From: Verrucomicrobiota bacterium
Lineage (GTDB): Bacteria > Verrucomicrobiota > Verrucomicrobiia > Limisphaerales > CANJXF01
DNA: 55,280 nucleotides
Direction: 5' to 3'
Assembly (NCBI GenBank): GCA_038214755.1
Contig: JBBQRQ010000025.1
Location: 1 to 55,280 of the forward strand
Below, one piece after another: positions 1 to 9,273 of the stretch (positions within the stretch are counted from its first letter, which is position 1; each line of letters starts with the position of its first letter). The position numbers and the translations under genes were made by a program. The notes under the pieces were generated by a model. It saw only the letters and a list, made by a program, of their open reading frames with translations, did no database searches and had not been told where the DNA came from.

Positions 1-140
1 GCAGATCGCACGGCAGGAACATCGGTGTTTGGCGGTCGAGATTGACGAATCGTGCAGGCATATTTTACTGATGCTCGCACGCCTCCTCGCATTCAAAAAT
101 TTTTAAAAAAATCTTTCGGCTAAGTCCGACAGGCTGCTAG
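1..140 (-). mobile_element. Left end of an IS1182-family element running off the window; transposase N-terminus at 61..1
   Basis: The minus strand from ATG at 61 reads MPARFVNLDRQTPMFLPCDL, typical of an IS1182/DUF772 transposase start. The terminal sequence CTAGCAGCCTGTCGGACTTAG (140..120) resembles IS1182-family ends with a CTAG site. Confidence 0.75.
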
Positions 141-178
141 CTTTGGTTGTCCTGAGTATGTAACCGTTCCATTCCGGC

Positions 179-208
179 GGGCGGCTCGGAAACGAGCCGC
201 CCATTTTT
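179..208 (+). terminator. Intrinsic terminator-like hairpin
   Basis: GGGCGGCTCG-GAAA-CGAGCCGCCC perfect 10-bp stem followed by ATTTTT. Confidence 0.6.
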
Positions 209-407
209 CTTTTTATAATTGGGGTAGAAAGACAAAACGAACCATGCGGCCTGTTGGTGGTGTCGTTGCGATCAAGAACAACGCGGATAACGGCGAGTAC
301 GAATGTCCGCGCGGATCGGTAACGAGTTGCCCTTTTTATTTGGGTTTCGTAGAGCGCTTTTAAATAGATGGCTGCGGTTGTAACTGAGGCGAGCCAGTGC
401 GCGTTTT

Positions 408-587
408 TCAGAAGTCGGCCTTGCTCACCATGTCGAGCGGCACGCGGTCGGCATCGCGAGCGGGCAGGTTTTCCATCCCTATCGGAAAGAACCCTTCGTG
501 CAGACGCCCTCGATGACCTTCTGGCGATGCTCGGCAAGTCGAGCGAGGCGCTGCTCATCATCGCATCTTTTGGCCCGACTTATTCAT
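408..587 (-). pseudogene. Frameshifted N-terminal remnant of a DUF4062-domain protein
   Basis: Stitching frames gives MMSSASLDLP / EHRQKVIEG / LHEGFFPIGMENLPARDADRVPLDMVSKAD, matching the DUF4062 pattern (ISST..DL..HR..V...C....P..ME). Confidence 0.6.
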
Positions 588-647
588 GTGCGTCGGCTAA
601 CTTTAGGCAACTGCCAATCAAAATACTCTATTGACGGACAAGGATGT

Positions 648-1976
648 CTAGTTTTTCCCCGCCAATTCCAAAACCGAGGCGCACATGGCGGTGATGGCGG
701 TTTTAATCGTCGGATCGACCACCGGCGCGAAGAAGGGCGAATGCAATGACGGCAAGGGCTTTCCCGTTTTCTTGCTTGCGGCCACAAGTTCCGGCTTCAC
801 CGCGCCGACCCAAAAGATGCACGCGGGAATTTTCTCCGGTGTGCGGCTGTATTCGCTGAAATCTTCGCCGCCCATTGTCGGTTTGGCTTTGATGACGTTC
901 GTTGCGCCCAGCCAATTTTCCCATGCGCCCGCGAGACGTTGCGTGAGTTTCGGTTCGTTGTAGGTGGACGGAGTGTAATCTTCGCTGAATTTTATTTCGG
1001 GCAGGCGATCTTCGGGAATGCCCGCGCTCAACGCCTGGCCGCGCACAATTCTTTTCACGGCGGTGATGGTTTGCTGGCGGACTTCATCGGTGTAGGAGCG
1101 CAAGGTGAGTTGCAGTTTCACTTCGTCGGGAATGATGTTGTGCTTGGTGCCGCCTTGAATGGAGCCGACCGTTACCACCGCCGGTTCGCCCGGCTGAATC
1201 TCGCGACCGACGATGGTCTGGAGCGCGAGAACAATTTGCGCGGCGAGAACAATTGGGTCTTTGGTGGTATGCGGATACGCGCCGTGGCCGCCGACGCCGC
1301 GCACGGTGATGTCCACGGAATCGACGTTCGCCAGCGCAAAACCTTCGACGTAGCCCACCGTGCCCGCTGGCAACTCGGCGCTGTCATGGAGCGCGAGGCA
1401 AAAATCCGGTTTCGGGAAGCGCGTGAATAATCCATCGGCGAGCATCATCTTCGCGCCGCCGACACGTTCCTCGGCGGGCTGACTGATGAAAACAATCGTT
1501 CCGCTCCATTGCTCCTTGAGTTGCGTGAGAACGCGCGCAGTCCCGATGAGCGAAGTCATGTGAACGTCGTGTCCGCAGGCGTGCATGACGGGAACCTCTT
1601 TTCCCCAATCATCTTTGGTCATGGTGGTGCTGGCGTAGGGCAAGCCGGTTTGTTCCTTCACCGGCAATCCGTCGAGATCGCACCGCACGAGAATGGTTGG
1701 CCCGTTCCCGTTTTTGAAAACGCCGACCACGCCAAAGCCGCCAACGTTGGTGGTGACGGAAATTCCTTCGATACGCCGCAATTCCTCCGCGACACGCTGC
1801 GACGTTTTTTCCTCGTGCAGGGAAAGCTCCGGGTTTGCGTGCAGATGTTTGTAGAGTTCAAAGAGGTTTGGATATTCGTTTTCGACGCTTGCGCGAACCA
1901 GGGGAAAGGCGGTCGGTTCTTTTCCAAACGCGACACTTGCGAACAACAACGGGAAGAGAAGCACGATGTGTTTCAT
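648..1976 (-). CDS. Secreted M20D-family amidohydrolase (hippurate hydrolase-like)
   Basis: Signal peptide; motifs HANPELS, RCDLDGLP, MHACGHDVH, QPAEE, GGHGAYPH, GGEDFS, LHSP. Confidence 0.93.
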   Translation of the reverse strand: MKHIVLLFPLLFASVAFGKEPTAFPLVRASVENEYPNLFELYKHLHANPELSLHEEKTSQRVAEELRRIEGISVTTNVGGFGVVGVFKNGNGPTILVRCDLDGLPVKEQTGLPYASTTMTKDDWGKEVPVMHACGHDVHMTSLIGTARVLTQLKEQWSGTIVFISQPAEERVGGAKMMLADGLFTRFPKPDFCLALHDSAELPAGTVGYVEGFALANVDSVDITVRGVGGHGAYPHTTKDPIVLAAQIVLALQTIVGREIQPGEPAVVTVGSIQGGTKHNIIPDEVKLQLTLRSYTDEVRQQTITAVKRIVRGQALSAGIPEDRLPEIKFSEDYTPSTYNEPKLTQRLAGAWENWLGATNVIKAKPTMGGEDFSEYSRTPEKIPACIFWVGAVKPELVAASKKTGKPLPSLHSPFFAPVVDPTIKTAITAMCASVLELAGKN

Positions 1977-1982
1977 GGAAGA

Positions 1983-2010
1983 ACTTTAGGGAAAGGAACG
2001 AAAGAATCAA
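1983..2010 (-). promoter_or_regulatory. Putative sigma70 promoter, probably leaderless, for the amidohydrolase
   Basis: TTGATT-16 nt-TAAAGT, 6 nt before ATG, with no Shine-Dalgarno sequence. Confidence 0.45.
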
Positions 2011-2113
2011 AAGTTTTGGGATAATGTCTGAACCCCTTTGCCCACTGAGCCATTTCCCGATCCGCAGGAGCCAGTCTGTTTAAAAAGTTTTTCAAATAGC
2101 TGTTGCCGAAATG

Positions 2114-2489
2114 GGGCGCATCTTGACACAACCACCAGAGTAGTGGGGCAGACATCCTGTCTGCCATCGGAGCTTCCAGCCCCAGGACTCGCGGGCAAGT
2201 TGCCCGCTTAGCCCGAACTCCGGAGTTGGAATGGGTAGCACGGGCGACGCCGCCTGTGCCGTCCGGCCACTGGCCGGACGGAATGGGGAGGACCTGGCAT
2301 TGGAAACAGAGGCACAGAAAAGTTCGTGCGCTTCCCCCCGTTCCGAGCGGCGAGTCGCCGCTCGGCACAGGCGGGTCGCCTGTGCTACCCGGCGGCTTCG
2401 CCGCCGCTATTTCGGAATTCGGGCTTAGACAGGCTGGTAGCCTGCCCCATTCCATCTGATTGGATTAGTGGTGCTGTCAAGATACGCCC
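2114..2489. repeat. Four-layer nested inverted-repeat (MITE/REP) composite
   Basis: IR pairs: 2114-2134/2469-2489 (GGGCGCATCTTGAC..); 2144-2165/2428-2450 (TGGGGCAG..); 2211-2226/2409-2424 (GCCCGAA.., flanked by TTA on both sides); 2233../..2390 (GGGTAGCAC.. REP doublet). Confidence 0.85.
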
Positions 2490-2750
2490 TGCCGAAGGCG
2501 TGAGATGTTTTCTTCGATGCGTTCGATGTAGAAATTTTTTCCGTCGGGGTACGGCTCGTTCAAAAAGCGGTGGAGCCTGAAATCCTTTTCGATTTTGAGC
2601 GTCACATAATTCTCCCACAACGCCGGAGTTTGTCGGAGCAAATCCTCCGCGTTGTCGAACATTTTTCCAACGCGATTTTGCCAGAGCTATCCCGAAATGC
2701 CTCGGCGAATTCCGCATAATGTATCGGGAGTTTCTCGATGTAATCTTTCG
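2477..2750 (-). pseudogene. 3' remnant of an HD-like phosphohydrolase gene, frameshifted
   Basis: Reads KDYIEKLPIHYAEFAEAF.., then in another frame FDNAEDLLRQTPALWENYV..HRFLNEPYPDGKNFYIERIEENI; the 5' part is absent. Confidence 0.5.
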
Positions 2751-2774
2751 CGAAGGCCGCTACGATGCGCGGCG

Positions 2775-4049
2775 ATGTCTGACGCCCATTTTATGCGCCT
2801 CGCTCTCCGCCTCGCCCGGCGCGGCTACGGCGCGACTTCGCCGAATCCGATGGTTGGCGCGGTTTTGGTGAAGGGCGGCAAAGTCCTCGGGCGTGGCTGG
2901 CATCGACAAGCCGGTCTGCCCCACGCGGAAATTGAAGCGATTCGCGATGCTCAATCTAAAAAACAAAATCTCAAAGGCGCGACGCTTTACGTGACGCTCG
3001 AACCTTGTTGCACGCGCGGTCGCACGCCGCCTTGCACGGAAGCAATCCTCGCGGCGGGAATTAAACGCGTCGTTGTCGCCGCGACGGATCCGAATCCAGA
3101 ACATGCCGGCAAAGGCTTCGCGATTTTGAAACGCGCCGGCATCGAAGTCATCACATTGGATGACAAGGAAGGTAGGGCGCGCCCCTCCGTGCGCGCCGTT
3201 TCGGATGTTGCTCACGAGCGGCGCGCACGGAGTGACGCGCCTTACCGAAAACTGGCCGAAGAAGCGACGCGGCTCAACGAAACTTTTAATCACTGGATCG
3301 TTCACCGCACGCCGTTCATGACCGTGAAAGCCGCGATGACCTTGGATGGAAAAATCGCGACGGCCACAGGTGAATCAAAATGGATTACCGGCGAAAAGTC
3401 GCGCGCGGCTGGGATGAAATTACGTCGAGGCGCGGATGCAATTCTCGTAGGGGTGAACACGGTGATGGCGGATGATCCGAGTCTGACCGTTCGTTCAGTT
3501 CAAGGTTCAAAGTTTAAAATTCAAAGTTCAAAAATGCTGCGGCGAATTATTCTCGATCCAATGGGGCGGACACCGCTGTCAGCAATAATTCTCAACGATG
3601 AATTCGCGGCGTGGACAATGATTGTGGTGAGCGAACACGCGCCAAAAAAACAAATCGATGAACTTAGAGAAAAAGTTAAGACCATCGTAGCGCCTCAGAC
3701 GAAATCGGCCATTGCCAATAGCCAATCGCCGCTGCGAGATCGCCAATCCAAAATCGTGAATCTAAAATCGCAAATCGACCTGTGTTGGCTGCTGAAAAAA
3801 CTCGGCGGCGAAAACATAACGAGCTTGCTGGTCGAAGGCGGCGGCGAAACCAATGCGCAATTTCTGGAACAGAAGCTCGTGCAACGCATCGCGTTTTTTT
3901 ATGCGCCGAAAATTCTTGGCGGACGCGATGCGCCCAAGAGCGTTGCGGGAAAAGGAATCGAGCGTCTGGAAGAAAAAATTTCTTTGCGCGAGGTCGAGTG
4001 GAAAAAGATCGGTGAAGATTTGTTTTTGACCGCGCGCGTTGCCTCGTGA
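2775..4049 (+). CDS. ribD: Bifunctional riboflavin deaminase/reductase with three in-frame repeat-derived insertions
   Basis: PNPMVGAV, HAE, LYVTLEPCC..PPC, KAAMTLDGKIAT, SKWITG, LLVEGG; start taken at MSDAHFM (2775). Confidence 0.97.
   Translation: MSDAHFMRLALRLARRGYGATSPNPMVGAVLVKGGKVLGRGWHRQAGLPHAEIEAIRDAQSKKQNLKGATLYVTLEPCCTRGRTPPCTEAILAAGIKRVVVAATDPNPEHAGKGFAILKRAGIEVITLDDKEGRARPSVRAVSDVAHERRARSDAPYRKLAEEATRLNETFNHWIVHRTPFMTVKAAMTLDGKIATATGESKWITGEKSRAAGMKLRRGADAILVGVNTVMADDPSLTVRSVQGSKFKIQSSKMLRRIILDPMGRTPLSAIILNDEFAAWTMIVVSEHAPKKQIDELREKVKTIVAPQTKSAIANSQSPLRDRQSKIVNLKSQIDLCWLLKKLGGENITSLLVEGGGETNAQFLEQKLVQRIAFFYAPKILGGRDAPKSVAGKGIERLEEKISLREVEWKKIGEDLFLTARVAS
3171..3246. repeat. GTAG-type REP doublet inside the ribD CDS
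   Basis: GGTAGGGCGCGCCCCTCCGTGCGCGCCG ... CGGCGCGCACGGAGTGACGCGCCTTACC near-perfect inverted repeat. Confidence 0.88.
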
Positions 4050-4069
4050 GGCGCGCGAATTGATTTTTT

Positions 4070-4134
4070 GTAGGAGACGACGTGAGGAGTCTCTGATCTT
4101 GGCAGGAAATGAGACTCCTCACGTCGTCTCCTAC
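4070..4134. repeat. GTAG REP doublet between ribD and ribE
   Basis: Perfect 24-bp IR GTAGGAGACGACGTGAGGAGTCTC / GAGACTCCTCACGTCGTCTCCTAC; a related single copy lies at about 18203-18225. Confidence 0.9.
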
Positions 4135-4194
4135 AAGTTCAAATTGGAAAACGCGGCTCGACGTAATTTGGTCTCAGTCTTAATTTCCCCCAAA

Positions 4195-4800
4195 ATGTTC
4201 ACCGGAATCATTGAAGAAGTTGGCGTCGTTGAAAAGATTGAGCGTTCGACGAAGGCGATTCATCTGACGTTGCAAATTAAAATTTGCGGAAGTGATTGGC
4301 GCGTCGGCGACAGTCTTGCGGTCAACGGTTGCTGCCTGACCGTTGTGAAAATTCTCTCGCGCGCAGGGAAAAAATCGGTGCGCCTTGATCTGCTGGAAGA
4401 AACCTGGCAGCGAACCAATCTTCAATTCACCAAAGCCGGCTCGCTCGTAAATCTCGAACGCCCGCTTCGCGCCGATGGCCGATTCGGCGGACATTTCGTG
4501 ACGGGACACATTGATGGACTTGGAAAAATTTCACGTTGGGAAAAGCGTGGAACGGATTTTTTTCTCGAAGTCGTCGCGCCAAAAGAACTCATGCGCTACG
4601 TGATTTCCAAAGGTTCCCTCGCCCTTGATGGAATCAGTTTGACGGTCGCGGAAGTTCGCCAAAAAAGTTTTGCGGTTTGGATCATTCCGCACACTTACGA
4701 AGTCACGGCCTTGCGCGAAAGAAAAGTGGGCGACCCGGTAAATCTCGAAGGCGATTTGCTCGGCAAATATGTCGAACGATTTATTTCTTTGGCGTCTTGA
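4195..4800 (+). CDS. ribE: Riboflavin synthase (alpha chain)
   Basis: N-terminal MFTGIIEE, GDSLAVNGCCLTV, VNLER, GGHFVTGHID, KGSLALDGISLTV. Confidence 0.97.
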   Translation: MFTGIIEEVGVVEKIERSTKAIHLTLQIKICGSDWRVGDSLAVNGCCLTVVKILSRAGKKSVRLDLLEETWQRTNLQFTKAGSLVNLERPLRADGRFGGHFVTGHIDGLGKISRWEKRGTDFFLEVVAPKELMRYVISKGSLALDGISLTVAEVRQKSFAVWIIPHTYEVTALRERKVGDPVNLEGDLLGKYVERFISLAS

Positions 4801-5029
4801 ATTGCGGATCAGAAGATTCGCCGTGCGGCTCAATGACTCTCACACGCGACGCCGGAATGGTTAGCTCCCGGCCATCGGCCAGTTTGAAATGATATTGTTC
4901 GGTTTTTTTATCCAGGACTGGTCGGGTCACTCCGGTGATTCTATTTCCGTTGGAGAGCGTGAGATCGTAGCTCGACCGGCATCCTGCCAGGGCGACCGTA
5001 ACCAAAAGGAGAGCGACTTTGTTTTTCAT
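4781..5029 (-). CDS. YgdI/YgdR-family (DUF903-like) small lipoprotein
   Basis: Lipobox LAGC; Y.LTL.NG..I....P.LD.....Y.F pattern. Confidence 0.75.
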   Translation of the reverse strand: MKNKVALLLVTVALAGCRSSYDLTLSNGNRITGVTRPVLDKKTEQYHFKLADGRELTIPASRVRVIEPHGESSDPQFKTPKK

Positions 5030-5203
5030 AATCTTTTAAAAGCTGAATTTCTGATTTTTTTTTACAACAACTTGAACCTGAAATTTGAGTGGCTACCCAA
5101 CGACCGAGGTCGAAGGGATCTGTTTTTTTTTGTCCGCGCTTCGATGTTGACGGCGCGTGATTGTTACCGCAAACAAAAGATTTTTGAGACGCGCCCCTCG
5201 CAT

Positions 5204-5380
5204 TGAACCCGAATTCCGAAGCAGAACGCGGGAACTGGAACGGAGCGCGGCCTTCAGGCCGCTTCATCGTCGGACGCCGGTGGGTGTTGCGAGCGTACAA
5301 AAACATTCGCACGTTGAAGCGGCGTGAACGCCGCGCTCCCGCACAACTTTACCCACATGCTACTTCGGAGTTCGCATTGA
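5204..5380. repeat. MITE-like shell with TGA flanks enclosing a GGAG REP doublet
   Basis: Ends ACCCGAATTCCGAAG / CTTCGGAGTTCGCAT, related to the 2211-2424 shell; inner IR 5242-5266/5315-5339. Confidence 0.8.
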
Positions 5381-5404
5381 ATGCGGTGTCGTGACATTGG
5401 AGGG

Positions 5405-7027
5405 TCACGGCTGGCGGACCACGCGATAGTAACGTTGAGCGCCGCCGACGGCCAAAGGACTATCGACACTCGCGGTAACGCCCGTTGCCGTGAAGCAGGC
5501 GATATTCGTGGCGGAGGCCCATGAGAGCGTTAGGTCCGGTTTCGCCTGCACGCAGTAGTTGACGCCGGGTGTGGCATTCCACGTTATGCGCACGACCGAA
5601 CCCACCTGCGCCACGTTCGCCGTGATGGGCAGTTCGGCGCGCACGAAATAAATATCCTGTTCGCCATTGAAAGTGGCCGCGTACGCGATACAAGCGCCTT
5701 CGTTGAGAGAGACCATGGTGGTGTAGTCGCCGAGCTTGCTCTGCTGCGGAAAGCCCACCAGATGATTGAACGGAGGACTCAACTGCCGATTAGTGGCCCA
5801 CGTGAGACCGCCATCGTCCGACCATGAATAATAGAGTTCGGAAAGGCTGTTATTCGAACTGTGGCGCGTATCATTCCAGCAAACATCGATTCGCCCGTTG
5901 GGCGCGACGGATAAAGTTCCGAACCAATGACACGCGTTCTGAGTGGGAGAATCGTCATTGATCCGTCTGGGCGCGCTCCAGGTCTCTCCTCGATCAGTAC
6001 TGCGGCTGAACATGACATTGGCCAGATTGCCAGGTTCGTTGCTGACGGTGCAAAGGGTATAGACATTGCCGCGGGTGGCACGGGTGGAACGATCGACCGC
6101 GACCCACGCCTGGCCAAGCAAGCCGCCGGGATTGACATTGGTCAACCCGAACATCAACTGACCGCCGAGATCGACGATTACTGTCAAATCGAAGCTTGGA
6201 ATCACGGACGGGTTTTGAGCGTTGGTGGAACGGTTGATGGCGAACGGCTCAACATCGATAGCGGTGCCGAAAGTATAGACCTCGCCGTTCGGTCCAATAT
6301 CGAGCGTGCCGAAATAAGGCAAGTGCGGAATTGAGATCGCGTCCAGCCAGGTCTGGCCGCCATCGGTGGAGCGGGAGAAGATTTTGTTCGTATCGTTCGC
6401 GTAGTTATAAAACGGACTCCAAACCTGGTAAATGTTGCCGCGACCTGGGCCGGTGGTGGTGTCGATGGCCATCCATTCCTTGTCGCCACCGAGGGCCATG
6501 CCGAGCGTTTGCCACGTGACTCCGCCATTGGTCGAGCGGAAAAGATCGCACGCGAAATTGGTGGTGTTGGTAATTCCCAAATAATAAAACCAGCCGTTCG
6601 CATCCGCCGCCAGCACGGGATCGCTGCGAAAAATTCCGGCATCGATCTTCCCGGGGAATGTCCAGTTCAATCCGCCATTGGTCGTGTAAGCCCAGCCCGA
6701 CTGGCGGAAATTACTCGAGACGGAATCGAACTGCCGCCACCCCACCGCCATCCGGTTGGGGTTAGTGGGATCGACGCAGATCGAGGGCTCATTGGCGGCA
6801 TCCCCCGGAATGTTCTGGCCCGCGCTGTCGATATTCACCTGGCGGCTGATTCCGTAAGAGGTGGAAACGGTGGTCGCCTGAAGGCTCCATACTGGGCCGC
6901 ACGCCAACGCGAACGCGAGGAGCAACCTTGAGAGTGAAAGCGGGAGTGGCTTCCGCGGAAAAGAGCCGACGAGAGTTAGAGGAGTTTTTATGAGCGAATT
7001 AAACCTGAGTTTAAAAATTTTTTCCAT
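5405..7027 (-). CDS. Secreted BNR/Asp-box sialidase-like beta-propeller protein (start uncertain)
   Basis: Repeated Asp-boxes (STNGGVTW, STDGGQTW, STDRGETW, SDDGGLTW), DKEWMAID, GDY motif, hydrophobic signal segment. Confidence 0.85.
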   Translation of the reverse strand: MEKIFKLRFNSLIKTPLTLVGSFPRKPLPLSLSRLLLAFALACGPVWSLQATTVSTSYGISRQVNIDSAGQNIPGDAANEPSICVDPTNPNRMAVGWRQFDSVSSNFRQSGWAYTTNGGLNWTFPGKIDAGIFRSDPVLAADANGWFYYLGITNTTNFACDLFRSTNGGVTWQTLGMALGGDKEWMAIDTTTGPGRGNIYQVWSPFYNYANDTNKIFSRSTDGGQTWLDAISIPHLPYFGTLDIGPNGEVYTFGTAIDVEPFAINRSTNAQNPSVIPSFDLTVIVDLGGQLMFGLTNVNPGGLLGQAWVAVDRSTRATRGNVYTLCTVSNEPGNLANVMFSRSTDRGETWSAPRRINDDSPTQNACHWFGTLSVAPNGRIDVCWNDTRHSSNNSLSELYYSWSDDGGLTWATNRQLSPPFNHLVGFPQQSKLGDYTTMVSLNEGACIAYAATFNGEQDIYFVRAELPITANVAQVGSVVRITWNATPGVNYCVQAKPDLTLSWASATNIACFTATGVTASVDSPLAVGGAQRYYRVVRQP

Positions 7028-7931
7028 GACTTTTATTCGACGTTTCAGCGGCGGCCAACAATTCAGGAAAGATATTTCCTTTTTCTGGAACCAGTGTGAT
7101 GCGCGCTTCGCCAGAAATAATTTTTTGCGTTTCCAGAATTTCAAACAGAGCGGACGCAACTTCCGCATCCTGCGAAACAACTTCCAACGCGGCGCCAACG
7201 ATCTGGGGACGAATCGCCGCCGCTTTGGCAAATTCCTTCGCAGCCTGCCGTTCCGCCGTGCTGGTGATGATGCTCACCTGATTTGCGCCATCCTGTTTGA
7301 TGGCCGAAGTAACTTGACGCAGTCGATTCACCACTTTGCTTTCAATTTGTTTGATCATGCCCGCGTCGCGAAAATGAACTTTGCGAATGTAAACGGAGCC
7401 AAGCTTGTAACCCCACTCGTGCGATTTGGGCGAAACCTCCGCGCGCACGGTGTTGCTCATCGGATGACGATTCACCAGCATTTCGCCGAGTGGCAAATTG
7501 CTGAGGCAGCGAACCGTCGAGTTGCTCACGTTCGCCGCTAGCGAGCCGCGCGGGTCGGTATTCTTAAACAGATAAGAAATTGGATCGCTAATGAACATCT
7601 CATACCAGATGCCAATGCCCATCGGCGCGCCTTCCTCGGAGTTGACCGGTTGGCTGCGCAAATATTCCTGGTCCAATCGCATGTCGAGAACGTGGCGTTG
7701 TCCCATGAATGGGATGATGAAAGTTTTCCAACCCATTTTCGGAAAAAGAAAGTGAAGCCCCGGCTCGTCGATGGTGGCGATGACTTTGCCGAACAACATA
7801 TAAACATAACAGCGCTGTTCTTGCGCGATGACATATAAACCGAGTCCGCGCGCCAATCCGAGAATCGTTGGGATAAGGATGAAACAACCGACGAACGTTG
7901 CGACTGCCGCAATAAATACGGTGGAAATCAT
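7011..7931 (-). CDS. SPFH/Band 7 domain membrane protein
   Basis: N-terminal TM helix, EPGLHF motif, C-terminal alanine-rich coiled segment; overlaps the upstream SPFH gene (ATGA). Confidence 0.85.
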   Translation of the reverse strand: MISTVFIAAVATFVGCFILIPTILGLARGLGLYVIAQEQRCYVYMLFGKVIATIDEPGLHFLFPKMGWKTFIIPFMGQRHVLDMRLDQEYLRSQPVNSEEGAPMGIGIWYEMFISDPISYLFKNTDPRGSLAANVSNSTVRCLSNLPLGEMLVNRHPMSNTVRAEVSPKSHEWGYKLGSVYIRKVHFRDAGMIKQIESKVVNRLRQVTSAIKQDGANQVSIITSTAERQAAKEFAKAAAIRPQIVGAALEVVSQDAEVASALFEILETQKIISGEARITLVPEKGNIFPELLAAAETSNKSHGKNF

Positions 7932-8917
7932 TTCCGTGCCTCCAGAAAAACTTGTTGCGCCTGCTCGAACAACGTCAGGCGGACATTTCGCACGTAAGCA
8001 GCCAAAGCGCTTGGTCCACTTTTCTTCAGCGCATTTAACTGCGCGGCAAGACGGGTTAATGGTTCCACTTCCGCCTGTGCTTTGAGCGTTTCAATTTCGA
8101 CCGCGCGTCTCGACTGAACAATTTTTTGATCGGCGCCGGCCTGCGCCAGACTGATGTCGGACGAAACCTGGTTGTAAGCCGTGTTGATGGCGGCGAGCGC
8201 CGATTCCACTTCGGGCGGCGGATCGATTCCGGTGATGAGCGAAGCGTCGAGCATCATGCCGTAGCGCGCAGGGGAAGAGCGGCATTCGGAATCCATGTGC
8301 TCATTCAGGTCGCGTAAGTTTTTTCGAATGTCATTAATCGAAATGCCAATGACCGCAGCGGAGTCGGGCGTCGGTTCTTTCCCGTCACTTCCTCTGGGCG
8401 GCACTTCAAAATTAGCAATGCGTTCTCGCAACACCGAAACAAAATACGCCATGACGTGAACGATCGGTTTTTTCACGCCAAATAAATACGCATAGAGATT
8501 GCGCTCAGAAACGCGGTAACGAATTTGCCCGGTCAAACCGGTATTCAACTGATCCTTCGTCACCGCTTCGAGAATGGTTCCGCCGTAATTGGCCGACGCA
8601 TCCTCAGGATCGCGCGCCATGTTCATTGTCTCGGTCGCGATGGAAACTTTATGAACGCGTTCCCACGGCCATTTAAAATACGGCCCGCCCGGCATGATCA
8701 CGCGAACTTGCGGATAACTGTAACGAGTCTTTTCGTCCTCGTTCAGCGCTTCCGAAACAGGATCGTCAAGCGTGGTGAGATTGGAAACCCGTTGCGCGCG
8801 CCCAAAGCTCGTCTTCACGGCGCGCTCGTTCTGATTCACCGTGTAAAACCCCGCCGCGAGATAACGAACCAAAAACCAGGCAACGAATCCGATGAAACAG
8901 CCAATCAAAATAGGCAT
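7928..8917 (-). CDS. SPFH/Band 7 domain membrane protein
   Basis: TM helix, YTVNQNERAVKTSFG, PGGPYFKWPW, TKDQL, IDPPPEV, AQAE-type tail. Confidence 0.88.
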   Translation of the reverse strand: MPILIGCFIGFVAWFLVRYLAAGFYTVNQNERAVKTSFGRAQRVSNLTTLDDPVSEALNEDEKTRYSYPQVRVIMPGGPYFKWPWERVHKVSIATETMNMARDPEDASANYGGTILEAVTKDQLNTGLTGQIRYRVSERNLYAYLFGVKKPIVHVMAYFVSVLRERIANFEVPPRGSDGKEPTPDSAAVIGISINDIRKNLRDLNEHMDSECRSSPARYGMMLDASLITGIDPPPEVESALAAINTAYNQVSSDISLAQAGADQKIVQSRRAVEIETLKAQAEVEPLTRLAAQLNALKKSGPSALAAYVRNVRLTLFEQAQQVFLEARK

Positions 8918-9033
8918 AGAAGAAATGTTTGCTCGTTGCTAACGCGAAGTGTGATTGTTGCCAAGAGGAATCGCGCGACGAAGTCACGCTGGAGGATTGG
9001 AAGGAGTGATACTTCGAGAAGACTGGGAACTCC

Positions 9034-9273
9034 TCAATCTTGGCGCGGCGGTTTGTCATTGAGGGCCATCGCTGATTCGTCGGCGCGCTGGCGTTCCCTT
9101 TCGGCCACCAGTCGGCGCAATTCTTCGGCATTGTGAACGACCGGGCCGGGGTGGGGATGTTCGGCCGCCCACTTGCGCGTGTTTTCACAGAGGCGATGGA
9201 CATCGTAGCCTGCTTCCCGCGCCAACTCATCTTTGACCCGCCAAACTTCTTCAAGAATCGGATTCGGTTTCAT
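9034..9273 (-). CDS. Small protein, probable antitoxin partner of the PIN gene
   Basis: NPILEEVWRVKDELAREAGYDV pattern; overlaps the 3' end of the PIN gene. Confidence 0.65.
   Translation of the reverse strand: MKPNPILEEVWRVKDELAREAGYDVHRLCENTRKWAAEHPHPGPVVHNAEELRRLVAERERQRADESAMALNDKPPRQD

Noticed and set aside
2072..2102. Imperfect head-to-head IS-end-like palindrome CAGTCTGTTTAAAAA / TTTTTCAAATAGCTG
   Set aside because: Several mismatches and AT-rich; could be chance or a heavily decayed MITE
1973..2459. ORFs spanning the nested repeat (160 aa, 77 aa), and likewise at 19075-19474, 5203-5394 and 21881-22198
   Set aside because: They are translations of REP/MITE palindromes, with no independent coding evidence
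2500..2775. FMN riboswitch upstream of ribD
   Set aside because: No RFN consensus was seen; the region is an antisense pseudogene remnant
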